Part shown: positions 38,185 through 47,394 of the stretch, one piece after another
How the letters are laid out: the number at the start of each line of letters is the position of its first letter
Numbering within the stretch: position 1 is the first letter of the stretch
Source of the DNA: Rhodospirillaceae bacterium
GTDB lineage: Bacteria; Pseudomonadota; Alphaproteobacteria; Rhodospirillales; UBA2165
NCBI GenBank assembly: GCA_038127535.1
Contig: JAYPHU010000011.1
Span: 33,560 to 97,559 of the forward strand
Reading direction: 5' to 3'
Length of the DNA stretch: 64,000 nucleotides
Position numbers and translations under genes: made by a program
The notes under the pieces: model-generated
Databases searched by the model: none
The model's input: only the letters and a program-made list of their open reading frames with translations
What the model was told of the DNA's origin: nothing

Positions 38185-39302
38185 ACCTTCACGCCCATTT
38201 CGGCGACGACCTCTTTGACCGCGGCGACGGCGTTTCGCATGTCGTCCGCCGTAAGGTGGCCTATGCAGCCCATGCGGAAGCTGTCCGCCTTGGTCAGTTT
38301 GCCGGGGTAAATGGCGAAGCCTCTTTCTCGCAGCCGGTTGTAGAAATCCTCGAAGTCGAAGGTGTCATCTGCCGGCGGGTGGAACGTGATGATGATCGGC
38401 GCCTGCAGGTTGTCTGACAGATAAGTCCGAAAACCCAGCTTCCGCATGCCGCTGATCAGCGCCTCCGCGTTCTTCCGGTACCGTTCGCCGCGCCCCGCAA
38501 CGCCGCCCTCAATCTTGTGTTCCTTGAGCGCCTGGTCGAGTGCCGCCAGCACGTGTGTCGGCGGGGTGAAGCGCCATTGGCCCGAACTTTCCATGTAGGC
38601 CCACTGGTCATGGAGATCGAGGCTCAGGCTGCCGGCATTACCTTTGCACCCCTCCAGCACCGCTTTGTCGATAATGACAAAGCCGATGCCGGGCGCGCCC
38701 TCCAAGCATTTGTTCGAAGACGCGATCACCGCCGCACAATGCAGCGAGCCGAGGTCGAGGGGCAGGGCGCCGAAGGAGCTCATAGCGTCCACGATCAACA
38801 GCCGGTCCGCTGCTTTGCAGGCCTCGGCAATATCCGCCAGGGGATTGAGAATGCCCGAGGTGGTCTCACAGTGAACGGCGACCACGCGGGTTATATCGGG
38901 ATCAGCCGCCAGCTTTGCCGACAGATCGGAAACCGAGGGCGACGTGTCTTCGTCCGTCTCCAGCAACTCGGCGTCGCGGCCGTGATAGCCGCAAATCTTG
39001 ACGATCCGATGCCCGTAGGCGCCGTTGACCAGCACCAGCACTTTACCCTCCCGGGGCGCCAGGGTGGTGATCGCCGCCTCAACGGCGAACGTGCCGCTTC
39101 CTTGAATTGGCACGCAGGTGTGCGTCGGCTTGTCCGGATCGATCCCGGCAATCGCTTCGATGCTGCGGCGGACCCGTGCCGTCGTCTCGATGAAATCCGT
39201 ATCGCGGGAGCCCCAGTCCTTCAGCATGGCCTCCTTCACCGAGGCAGAGGTCGTCAACGGACCGGGGGTCAGGAGGAGGGGGGTGTCGGAATTTCGGGTC
39301 AT
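38181..39302 (-). CDS. phnW: 2-aminoethylphosphonate--pyruvate transaminase (PhnW-type class V aminotransferase)
   Basis: 'LLLTPGPLTTSASVKEAMLKDWGSRD', 'VAVHCETTSGILNP', 'IVDAMSSFG', 'SSNKCLEG' (PLP Lys), 'WRFTPPTH' and 'FAIYPGKLT...FRMGCIG' track PhnW closely. The start is at the ATG at 39302. Confidence 0.8.
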   Translation of the reverse strand: MTRNSDTPLLLTPGPLTTSASVKEAMLKDWGSRDTDFIETTARVRRSIEAIAGIDPDKPTHTCVPIQGSGTFAVEAAITTLAPREGKVLVLVNGAYGHRIVKICGYHGRDAELLETDEDTSPSVSDLSAKLAADPDITRVVAVHCETTSGILNPLADIAEACKAADRLLIVDAMSSFGALPLDLGSLHCAAVIASSNKCLEGAPGIGFVIIDKAVLEGCKGNAGSLSLDLHDQWAYMESSGQWRFTPPTHVLAALDQALKEHKIEGGVAGRGERYRKNAEALISGMRKLGFRTYLSDNLQAPIIITFHPPADDTFDFEDFYNRLRERGFAIYPGKLTKADSFRMGCIGHLTADDMRNAVAAVKEVVAEMGVKV

Positions 39303-39456
39303 CGGTAAACGCCGGGAATTAAGTGTTCTAAGTGAGCCGTCAATTAGATAAGTATAGGACCGGATCATATCACGTTGGGGGATATCCGCCATCAGTCACA
39401 ATACCTGGATTCACCGCATCGTCGCGGTCGGCGTCAAGCCGCTGGCGAGAACGCCG

Positions 39457-39987
39457 GTGCAGCCTAACCAGATTACCACGCTACGGCTTGTCGGCGGGAT
39501 CGCGGCGGCGTCTTTGTTTGCCGTTGGCGATCAGGCCATGACCTATTGGGGCTGCGGCGTGTTCGTCTTTGCCATGCTGCTCGACCGGGCGGATGGGATA
39601 CTGGCGCGGCTGACCGGGCGGACCTCTGACTGGGGGCATACGTACGACTTGATCTCTGATTCTATCTCGAATTCCGTGGCGTTTGTCGGCATCGGCATCG
39701 GCTTGCGGGACAGCGAGTTGGGCGGCTGGGCTATTCCGCTGGGTCTTGTGGCCGGAGTGGCGATTTCCGCCGTTCTTTGGCTGGTGATGAAGGCAGAAGA
39801 TCAAGCCGGCGGCAGCGCTGCTGAGCTGGATAGCGCCGCCGGCTTTGATGCGGATGACGCCATGCTGTTTGTGCCGCTCGCCATGGCGCTGGGTTGGAGG
39901 GTGGAGTTGATTGTCGCAGCCGCCGTCGGCGCGAGTCTGTTTAGCGTCTTTTTCTTTTGGAAGTTCCGGCGTTTTCTACGAGTCTGA
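39457..39987 (+). CDS. CDP-alcohol phosphatidyltransferase family protein (paralog 1); true start probably upstream of the annotated GTG
   Basis: The motif 'DRADGILARLTGRTSDWGHTYDLISD' (DGxxARx8Gx3Dx3D) is present. The open frame upstream (from 39358) encodes 'NTWIHRIVAVGVKPLARTP', homologous to the paralog N-termini. Confidence 0.7.
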   Translation: MQPNQITTLRLVGGIAAASLFAVGDQAMTYWGCGVFVFAMLLDRADGILARLTGRTSDWGHTYDLISDSISNSVAFVGIGIGLRDSELGGWAIPLGLVAGVAISAVLWLVMKAEDQAGGSAAELDSAAGFDADDAMLFVPLAMALGWRVELIVAAAVGASLFSVFFFWKFRRFLRV

Positions 39988-40596
39988 GTTACGCTGGCTC
40001 AGCACTAGCCAGTGTCCGATCGACCAGAGGCAGTAGATCGATGCGCCGATGCCGGCCGCGATGAAAAACGGGGTGATATAGCCCAGCCACGTGACCGGAG
40101 CGAGCAGGTATATCCCGTCTTCCAACTCAAATCCGGCGAAACCGGGATAGCCAATGGCCTCGCCGGAGTCGGCGGTGTCCAGTTCCTGGTCGATACCCAG
40201 GTTTGAGAATAGCGAAATCAATGCGGACGCCGCACCGGCGCCGCCCAGGACCAGCGCCCAAACGCCGAGGTCGGTTTGGTAGTGGCCGATTCCTAAGCCG
40301 GCAAAGAGGGCGGCGTATCCTATGCCTCCGACGGCGTAGTCATAGTAGTAGCCGAACTTGGAAGAACTTCCCTGCAGACGCGCCAGTTCCCCGTCAAAAT
40401 GATCCAGGAATCGGGAGAGAACAAAGATACCGGCGCCCCAATAGGCGAAGGCCGTCTCATTGAATGTGAACAATAAGCCACCGGCCAGCGCCATCAGCAG
40501 GGTTAGTGTCGTGATATGATTGGGCCGGACAAATGTGTGTTGTAGCGGGCGCACCAGCACCCGCGCCAATCGTTGGTCATAGGGCGGCGCGTTCAT
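39976..40596 (-). CDS. CDP-alcohol phosphatidyltransferase family protein (paralog 2)
   Basis: 'FLDHFDGELARLQGSSSKFGYYYDYAVGG' has the last Asp of the motif replaced by Gly. The protein is polytopic. Confidence 0.7.
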   Translation of the reverse strand: MNAPPYDQRLARVLVRPLQHTFVRPNHITTLTLLMALAGGLLFTFNETAFAYWGAGIFVLSRFLDHFDGELARLQGSSSKFGYYYDYAVGGIGYAALFAGLGIGHYQTDLGVWALVLGGAGAASALISLFSNLGIDQELDTADSGEAIGYPGFAGFELEDGIYLLAPVTWLGYITPFFIAAGIGASIYCLWSIGHWLVLSQRNSDS

Positions 40597-40792
40597 GGCC
40601 GCGCACAGTCATCGAGGACCGGCTTGCTGTCAAGCCGAAGCCATTAAACTAGGTTGGTTTGGGAGGAGCCGACACGACCAGGACGCGGACACAGCCGCAT
40701 CCCGCGGCGGTCGTTCATCATCAGAAGGAGACGGCGACCCCGGCCGTCAAGGCCAAGCCATCATTGTTGTTGGCGTCTGTCGTGGATTCGTC

Positions 40793-41848
40793 TTACCAGT
40801 CCACGAACATGAGGTTGCCGAGCAAATCGATACCGGGGCCCAGCGTGTAGGCGCCGCCCAGGAAAATCATCTGAACAGAATCTTCGCCCGGCGTCGCCGA
40901 AGCCAGTGGGGCTTCGCCATGCAAGTACGTGGCGCTGACCGTAAAGGGCCCTTGAGCATAGACAACCCCGATGTCGAAGGATTTCTGCTCCGGGCTGTTC
41001 GCGGTACCGGCGAGTCCGCTGTCGATCGCATCGAATACCCGATAGGAGCCACCGACAGAAACGGCGCCGAAACCGAGGTTTAGGCCGCCACGCCATCCGC
41101 TACGTGAATTGGCGGTGGTGCCGTGGTCTTCCATGTAACCGATATCAGCGCCAAGTTCGACGGAACCAATTTTGCCCGAATAGGCAATGGCGACGTTATA
41201 TTGCTGCGTATCGATGCCGCTATTGCCGCCGACCGCTGGTGGGGTGTTGGCGGTTGAACTCGACGGCTGGTAGGACGCCCCGATCGACAGACCAGAGATT
41301 GACGGCGAGATATAGACGACCCGCATCGTGTCGTTGGAGCCAAGTAAGGTGTCCGCCGTCGCGGTAACCGCCGTCGGCTGGACGATGACAAAGGTCGAGT
41401 CGCCATCATTCGGGACAATGGCGCCGGTCGCTGGCGCGATATTGCCGATTGCGCCGGACGCATTGACGGTTGATCCCAGTTTCAATGCACCGAACCCGCC
41501 GCTCATCTGAAGGAACGACTAGTTGATTTGGAAACCGATATTGGCCTGATCGAATTCAAGCTCAATGTGTACAGACGTGGTGATCCCGTTGGCCAAGGTC
41601 ACCGTGCCGGTGAAATGAATTTCGGTGTCATTCCATTGGTTAAAAGAATGGCAGCCAACCCGACTTGTGGCGTTGGAAGACGATTCGAAGCTTTCCTTCT
41701 GTTCGGAGAAGCCAACCGCAGCCATAAGCGATCCGCCGATGGAGAGTTTCATTGGTTGAGCCTTGTTTTGTGCAAGTGTTGGCTGGGACGACATGGCGAG
41801 AAGACCGGCGCCGGCCAGGATAGTGCTTAGATAGAGTTTGTTTTTCAT
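40793..41848 (-). pseudogene. outer-membrane porin (Gram-negative porin family) interrupted by an in-frame TAG (41519-41521)
   Basis: Signal peptide 'MKNKLYLSTILAGAGLLAMSSQPTLA'. ORFs 41519-41848 and 40793-41506 share a frame: '...ANIGFQIN*SFLQMSGGFGALKLGST...'. It has alternating beta-strand patterning and an aromatic C-terminus 'NLMFVDW'. Confidence 0.6.
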
Positions 41849-42074
41849 GTTGTTACCTCGATAAGTAATTCAATTTAGTTCCAAAACGACGCCATGCTTC
41901 ACGTGGTATAATATTTTTGCTCATAGATTAATCAAATTTTATTATGATTAGTTAGTACGCAAATAACTGATGTCTTCGTTCCTGTGGCAACAAAGTGACA
42001 CTTATGTTTGCCAACAAACCGCGATGATGTATGAGATTCCCAATACCCCGAGGCACATGAACCCTGTGGATAAC

Positions 42075-42097
42075 TTGCGTATATTTGCGTATGCAAA
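42075..42097. promoter_or_regulatory. direct repeat TTGCGTAT-N2-TTGCGTAT overlapping the inverted repeat TTTGC-N4-GCAAA in the divergent porin/MMPL control region
   Basis: Read directly as 'cTTGCGTATatTTGCGTATGCAAAttc'. The 10-bp phasing is typical of winged-helix regulator sites. Confidence 0.3.
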
Positions 42098-42326
42098 TTC
42101 AGCGATTTTTAAGTTTAACCGTCGGCCTATATCCAAGGAGGAAAATTTACCCTTAAATCAAGCGTTTATGGGGTTGCGCAGCATTGGAGGGAGGCATGAT
42201 GTAAATTTGGGCGTTTTGACCGGGATGCGGAAATACTTGCGAATCGCCGCCAAACCGGATGTTCTCCTGCGGTCAGGCGCACAAAGGCGCGCATGACGAA
42301 TTGAACGTGGCGGTTATGGTGACAGC

Positions 42327-44960
42327 GTGGACAAATCTCTGAATTTGCGCGAACCCGTTGCCCGCTGGATATCTGTGGTGTCCCGGCGAGCCCGCTTGGT
42401 CGTTATGTTGTCCGGACTGCTGACTGTGGCGCTGTCATTTTACATCGACACAAACCTCGGCATGAACACCGACACCTCGGATATGTTGTCGTCCGACCTG
42501 CCGTTCCGCCAAAATTCCATCGCTCTCAGCGAGGCGTTTCCACAGTTTTCGGACAATATCGTTGTCGTAGTGGACGGTGGCGACCCTGAAGCCGTGAATG
42601 CCGCCGCCGATCTATTGGCGTCCCGATTAAGGGCAAAGCCCGAGAGATTCGGCGAGGTTTTTGACCCAGCGGGAGAGGCGTTTTTCCGGGACAATGGTCT
42701 GCTGTATTTGGAGACGCCGGTGCTGGAGCGCCTGGTGGAGCAGCTCATCGATGCCCAGCCGTTTCTCGGCAAACTTTGGCGGCAGCCCGATCTCCCAACC
42801 TTGTTCCACTCTTTGGCGCAAATTGCCGACTACCTAGGGCGTGGCGGCAACGAGATGCCAGTCGAGGCCGCCGCCGGGTTCGTGGACGGGATAGCCGCCG
42901 CGATCGGGACCGCGGACGATCCGTCGGCGCCGCCGCTATCTTGGCAACAGCTCTTCACCGGCAACGCCGGGGATTTGACGCCGAGCCGGCGCATCATCCT
43001 GCTTCAGCCGAGAGCCGATTTTGACTCCCTGCAGCCGGGTTCCGAGGCCATGTCCGCAATCCGGTCCCTGGCGGTTGAGCTTCGCGTGAAAGAGGATTAC
43101 GACGTGCGGGTCCGGCTCACTGGTTCGCTTGCCTTGGCGGATGAGGAATTGGAGAGCGTGGCGGACGGATTGGGCCTTGCCGGCATTCTTTCCTTAATCC
43201 TTGTGTTCGGTCTGCTGATCATCGGGTTGCGCCGCTGGTCTGCCGTCGGCGCCTGCTTGATCACCTTGATCTGCGGGCTGATCTGGACTGCCGGGTTCGC
43301 CACCGCCGCCATCGGCACACTGAACCTGATTTCCGTCGCCTTTGCCGTGCTGTTCATTGGTCTGAGCGTGGACTTCGGCATCCATTTCACTCTCAGATAC
43401 ATTGAGCGGGAGGCGGACGCCCCCGATGTCCAGTCGGCTCTTCATGCCGCGGGGAAAGGGATCGGCAGCACCCTATCCTGGACGGCTGTCGCTGCGGCGA
43501 TTGGCTTTTTTTCCTTCCTGCCGACTAACTACCGTGGCTTGGCGGAATTGGGTTTGATCGCCGGCGCGGGCATGGTCATCGCACTATTCGCCAATCTCAC
43601 GCTGTTACCGGCCCTGTTGGCTTGGACGGCGCCCAAAGCCGTTTACCGTACGCCAAATCAATTTCCGGGATTGACGCCTCGTCCAATCGCTCATCGGATG
43701 TCCCTGGCTATTTTCACGGTGCTCGCTTTGGCTGCCGCTGCCATCTCGCCGCGGGTGGTATTTGATTTCGATCCCCTCAACCTGAAGGACCCTGAGACCG
43801 AGTCCGTTGGGACGCTTCTTGATCTTGTCGGCAGCGACGGGAATTCGCCCTATACCATTACCATCCTTGCCCGCGATCTATCGACGGCGCGGGAAACCTC
43901 CAATAGGCTAGAGGCCTTGGACTCCGTCAAACAAGTCCGAACAATCGCCGATCTCGTGCCGGAAAACCAAGAAGAGAAACTAGAGCTGATCTCGGACGCG
44001 TCCCTGATCCTGTTGCCCGCCATGTCCGGAAACATTGGCACGCCTTTAGGGAGTACGGCGCAAACAAACGCCGCCTATCGTGCTTTGGAGAGATCATTGG
44101 CGGCAGTCAGGGGCGGTGATCAGACGCCTTTGGATGTCGCGCTCGCGCGCCTGGCCGGCGCACTAAAATCCTATCGGGAAGCAACATCCCTCAGCGCCCC
44201 AGCGCTCCAACACCTCCAGCACAAAGTGATTGCGACCCTGCCGGAGAAATTGACAAGCCTTAGAAACGCCCTGACGCCCGCCGGCATTACCGTGGCGAAT
44301 TTGCCCAAGTCTCTGCGGGAACGGCTGGTTGCAGCCGATGGCCGGATCAAAATCGATGTGACGCCCAAAGGGAATATGCGTAATCAAGCAGGACTGTCGG
44401 CCTTCGTGACCGAGGTGCAATCTGTAGTGCCCTCAGCGACCGGTGCGCCGGTCGTGATTTACGAAGCGAGTAAGGTGGTCAAGCGAGCCTTTGGAGAGGC
44501 GGGACTGACGACCATTGTCCTGATTGCCGTGCTGGTCTTCTTGCTGACACGTAATGTCAGACAAATCGTTTTGATCTTTGCCCCCATCTTCGTCGCCGGG
44601 CTGCTGACCGTTGGCGCGACGGTTGTCCTGGATATCGCCTTCAACTTCGCCAATATCATTGTCCTGCCGCTTTTGTTCGGCCTGGGTGTTGCCGGGAGCA
44701 TTCACATGGTGCGCCGGGAACAGGCGCTAGGCCCGAAGGCGGACCTGTCGGAGACCAGTACCCCCCGCGCAGTTGTCTTTTCAGCTTTGACCACCATCGG
44801 CTCCTTCGGCAGCATCGCGCTCTCAAGTCACCCGGGCACGGCGAGCATGGGCGTTTTGCTGACAATCGCCATATTCTGCACATTGGCCGCGACGTTATTC
44901 CTGTTGCCTGCCCTTATGTACATTTGGCCGGCGCCAGACACAGAATTAGGTGAGGTTTGA
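42327..44960 (+). CDS. MMPL/RND-superfamily exporter (HpnN-like architecture)
   Basis: 877 aa in two 6-TM bundles, each preceded by a large periplasmic domain. 'FGLLIIGLRRW', 'LISVAFAVLFIGLSVDFGIHF' and 'IIVLPLLFGLGVAGSIHM' are present. Confidence 0.8.
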   Translation: MDKSLNLREPVARWISVVSRRARLVVMLSGLLTVALSFYIDTNLGMNTDTSDMLSSDLPFRQNSIALSEAFPQFSDNIVVVVDGGDPEAVNAAADLLASRLRAKPERFGEVFDPAGEAFFRDNGLLYLETPVLERLVEQLIDAQPFLGKLWRQPDLPTLFHSLAQIADYLGRGGNEMPVEAAAGFVDGIAAAIGTADDPSAPPLSWQQLFTGNAGDLTPSRRIILLQPRADFDSLQPGSEAMSAIRSLAVELRVKEDYDVRVRLTGSLALADEELESVADGLGLAGILSLILVFGLLIIGLRRWSAVGACLITLICGLIWTAGFATAAIGTLNLISVAFAVLFIGLSVDFGIHFTLRYIEREADAPDVQSALHAAGKGIGSTLSWTAVAAAIGFFSFLPTNYRGLAELGLIAGAGMVIALFANLTLLPALLAWTAPKAVYRTPNQFPGLTPRPIAHRMSLAIFTVLALAAAAISPRVVFDFDPLNLKDPETESVGTLLDLVGSDGNSPYTITILARDLSTARETSNRLEALDSVKQVRTIADLVPENQEEKLELISDASLILLPAMSGNIGTPLGSTAQTNAAYRALERSLAAVRGGDQTPLDVALARLAGALKSYREATSLSAPALQHLQHKVIATLPEKLTSLRNALTPAGITVANLPKSLRERLVAADGRIKIDVTPKGNMRNQAGLSAFVTEVQSVVPSATGAPVVIYEASKVVKRAFGEAGLTTIVLIAVLVFLLTRNVRQIVLIFAPIFVAGLLTVGATVVLDIAFNFANIIVLPLLFGLGVAGSIHMVRREQALGPKADLSETSTPRAVVFSALTTIGSFGSIALSSHPGTASMGVLLTIAIFCTLAATLFLLPALMYIWPAPDTELGEV

Positions 44961-45652
44961 TGCAGCCGCTCACTCAGCCGCCCCGGCCAGAATTCCTATT
45001 CCCCTTGATCCGTCACTTGTCCACGCGGGTGACGCGGTATCTTGCCGCCACTCCATTGTCGGCCAATCAGATCACCTTCATCTCACTCTTGTTTGGCCTG
45101 GCGTCGGCCGTGGTGTTTTCGTTTGGCGAGTACCACTGGGATCTTTGGGGCGGCATATTTCTGTTCGTCATGTATCTTCTGGACCATTGCGACGGAGAGG
45201 TGGCGCGAATCAAGGGACAGAACTCCCGCTCTGGGGCAATGTTTGACACGTTCGTGGATTGGATCACGCATGCGGCGATTTTCATCGGATTGGGGATGGG
45301 CTCCCAATTTGCGCTGGGGCATGATTGGATGAATGCGGCCGGCTGGATCGCGGCGGCGGGGGCGACGATCAACTACGGGATTGCGTTGTATGGAGATATT
45401 CAGAAGTTGAAGGCCGAGTCAGCGTCAGCGACGCAGGATACAGAACCGAGTGACAGTCCTGAACGGCCGGAAAATTGGAAAGAAGCCATCCTGTTCGCCT
45501 TTCGGGAATTGGCGCGGGCCGATTTCTGGCTGATCATTCTGGGCCTCTGCGTCGTTGATGTGGTTTGGTACATTCTGCCGTTCGTCGCCATTGGCGCCCA
45601 TGCTTACTGGATCGCCGCACTATTCACACGTCATAAAAACTACCGGGTCTGA
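44960..45652 (+). CDS. CDP-alcohol phosphatidyltransferase family protein (paralog 3)
   Basis: 'LLDHCDGEVARIKGQNSRSGAMFDTFVDW' is present. The ATG overlaps the MMPL stop (TGATG) with a GGTGAGG SD. Confidence 0.75.
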   Translation: MQPLTQPPRPEFLFPLIRHLSTRVTRYLAATPLSANQITFISLLFGLASAVVFSFGEYHWDLWGGIFLFVMYLLDHCDGEVARIKGQNSRSGAMFDTFVDWITHAAIFIGLGMGSQFALGHDWMNAAGWIAAAGATINYGIALYGDIQKLKAESASATQDTEPSDSPERPENWKEAILFAFRELARADFWLIILGLCVVDVVWYILPFVAIGAHAYWIAALFTRHKNYRV

Positions 45653-45663
45653 GTGGAATAAAC

Positions 45664-46674
45664 ATGCGTTGGCTCAAACTCATATTCCTGCTTCTTGGAC
45701 TGGCACTGCTTTGGGTCGTGGTGGCAGATAGCGATCTGGCCGTCGCCGCCGACTATGCCCGCCAAGTGGGATGGGGATTTGCCCTAGTGCTGGCCCTCTA
45801 TTTCGCTGCGTTTTTGGTCGATACGTTTACTTGGCAGCTCACCCTGCCGGCCTTACCCATATCGCCGAAATGGATCGTTCGGTTTTTTAATCTGCGGATG
45901 GCCGGTGAAGCGTTCAACAACATCACGCCGGCGGCCAGCATGGGCGGAGAGCCGGTAAAGGCCATTCTGTTGAAGACATACTATGGGGTGTCCTACCAAG
46001 ATGGGGTGGCGTCGCTGATCCTGGCCAGGACAATCAATGTTGTTGCGCTCATCGCGTTCTTGGCGATCGGTTTTGTCCTGATCCTCCAGGCGCCCTTTCT
46101 GACGCAGGAGTACAAATTGGTATCCGGCGTCGGTCTGGCTGCGTTCGCCACAGGCATCGTGCTTTTCTTTCTGGTGCAGCGGTTCCGGGTGACCTCGCAC
46201 GTAGGTAAGCTCTTTGGTCGGGACAGCGTTGCCGGCTGGATCACCAAGACCTTAACAGCAATTAGTGATGTGGAAGACCGGCTGGTTCATTTCTATCAGC
46301 AGCAGAAGACGCGGCTCTTGGCTGCGTTGGCTCTGGCTTTTGCCAATTGGGTCTCGGGCGCGGCGGAGGTCTATTACGTGATGGCGTTTCTCGGCAACCC
46401 GATATCCTGGACGGATGCCTGGATTATCGAGTCCATTGCGCAGCTTGTTCGCGCCGGAACGTTTTTCATTCCCGCCAGCATCGGTGCACAGGAAGGCGCC
46501 TTTGTCCTGGTCGGCGCGTCGATCACCGGCTCACCGGCCATGGGATTGGCCGTGGCAATTGTCCGCCGGCTCCGGGAAATCATCTGGATTGCCTGGGGGC
46601 TGGTGATTTTCTATGTGATGAAACCGGATATTGATCCGGCGTCGGGCACCGGCGAAGGGCCTAGTTCCCGCTAA
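45664..46674 (+). CDS. UPF0104 / lysylphosphatidylglycerol-synthase-TM-domain (flippase-like, HpnL-like) membrane protein
   Basis: About 8 TM segments. 'MAGEAFNNITPAASMGGEPVKAILL' and 'FFIPASIGAQEGAFVLV' are typical of the UPF0104 family. Confidence 0.65.
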   Translation: MRWLKLIFLLLGLALLWVVVADSDLAVAADYARQVGWGFALVLALYFAAFLVDTFTWQLTLPALPISPKWIVRFFNLRMAGEAFNNITPAASMGGEPVKAILLKTYYGVSYQDGVASLILARTINVVALIAFLAIGFVLILQAPFLTQEYKLVSGVGLAAFATGIVLFFLVQRFRVTSHVGKLFGRDSVAGWITKTLTAISDVEDRLVHFYQQQKTRLLAALALAFANWVSGAAEVYYVMAFLGNPISWTDAWIIESIAQLVRAGTFFIPASIGAQEGAFVLVGASITGSPAMGLAVAIVRRLREIIWIAWGLVIFYVMKPDIDPASGTGEGPSSR

Positions 46675-47260
46675 TCAATTGATCGGCTTTTTTGTTGAGG
46701 GCGGCGGCCAATCCGGCAGCTCCTTTGGAACGTAGCAGCGACCGGTATTCCGAGGCGCGGACGGCTAGCTCACTGATGTTGCCGTCCAGCAGCACATCAA
46801 TGATCCGCCAGTCATTCTCGAACTTCCGCAGCAGATAGTTCAGCTTTATCGGGCTGTCCCCGGGACTGGCAATATGAGTTTTGACCAATGTCGTATCTTG
46901 CGGGCCGGAGCCCTCGCCCAAAGTCTCGAACTTCTGGCCCGAATAGCCGTCAAACCGGAAGGCATAGGTACCGACACTGACCCGCTCGAACGCCTTGGAG
47001 AGTGCGGCCTGATCCTCTGCCGAATTTTTTTTCCAGCGAGAGCCGGCGATGATGCGGATCATTACAGGGAAGTTAAACGCGCCGGTGACCGGGGCTTCCA
47101 ATTTTGCATAGCGTTCCTTCACCGGGAGAGATTTAGCCTGCTTCATCACTTCGATCAGTGCATCATGGAAGGTTTCCACCGTGGCGCGTGGGGTGTTGCC
47201 GGCCGCGGCCGGCCGGGCAATGGCGATCAAGGCGATCAGCAATATAGTGGCGAAGCGCAT
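46661..47260 (-). CDS. MlaC/Ttg2D-family periplasmic lipid-binding protein (HpnM-like)
   Basis: A signal peptide is followed by '[13 protein letters not shown]', '[10 protein letters not shown]', '[13 protein letters not shown]' and '[22 protein letters not shown]', the MlaC-like pattern. Confidence 0.7.
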   Translation of the reverse strand: MRFATILLIALIAIARPAAAGNTPRATVETFHDALIEVMKQAKSLPVKERYAKLEAPVTGAFNFPVMIRIIAGSRWKKNSAEDQAALSKAFERVSVGTYAFRFDGYSGQKFETLGEGSGPQDTTLVKTHIASPGDSPIKLNYLLRKFENDWRIIDVLLDGNISELAVRASEYRSLLRSKGAAGLAAALNKKADQLISGN

Positions 47261-47394
47261 TAAGTCGGTCCTCCCTTTGGCAGGTCAGCATATCGGACCT
47301 GCCTATCGGGTCAATTGTTTCGGGCATGAGGATCGTCTATGACTATAGCGGAACAATGACGGTCGCTTTATTGGCGGCGAAGGAGATCAGGATC

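Noticed and set aside
41970-42296. A 108-aa ORF in the AT-rich porin/MMPL spacer.
   Set aside because: It has no ribosome-binding site. Its composition and codon usage are unlike neighbouring genes, and it spans the repeat motifs that look regulatory.
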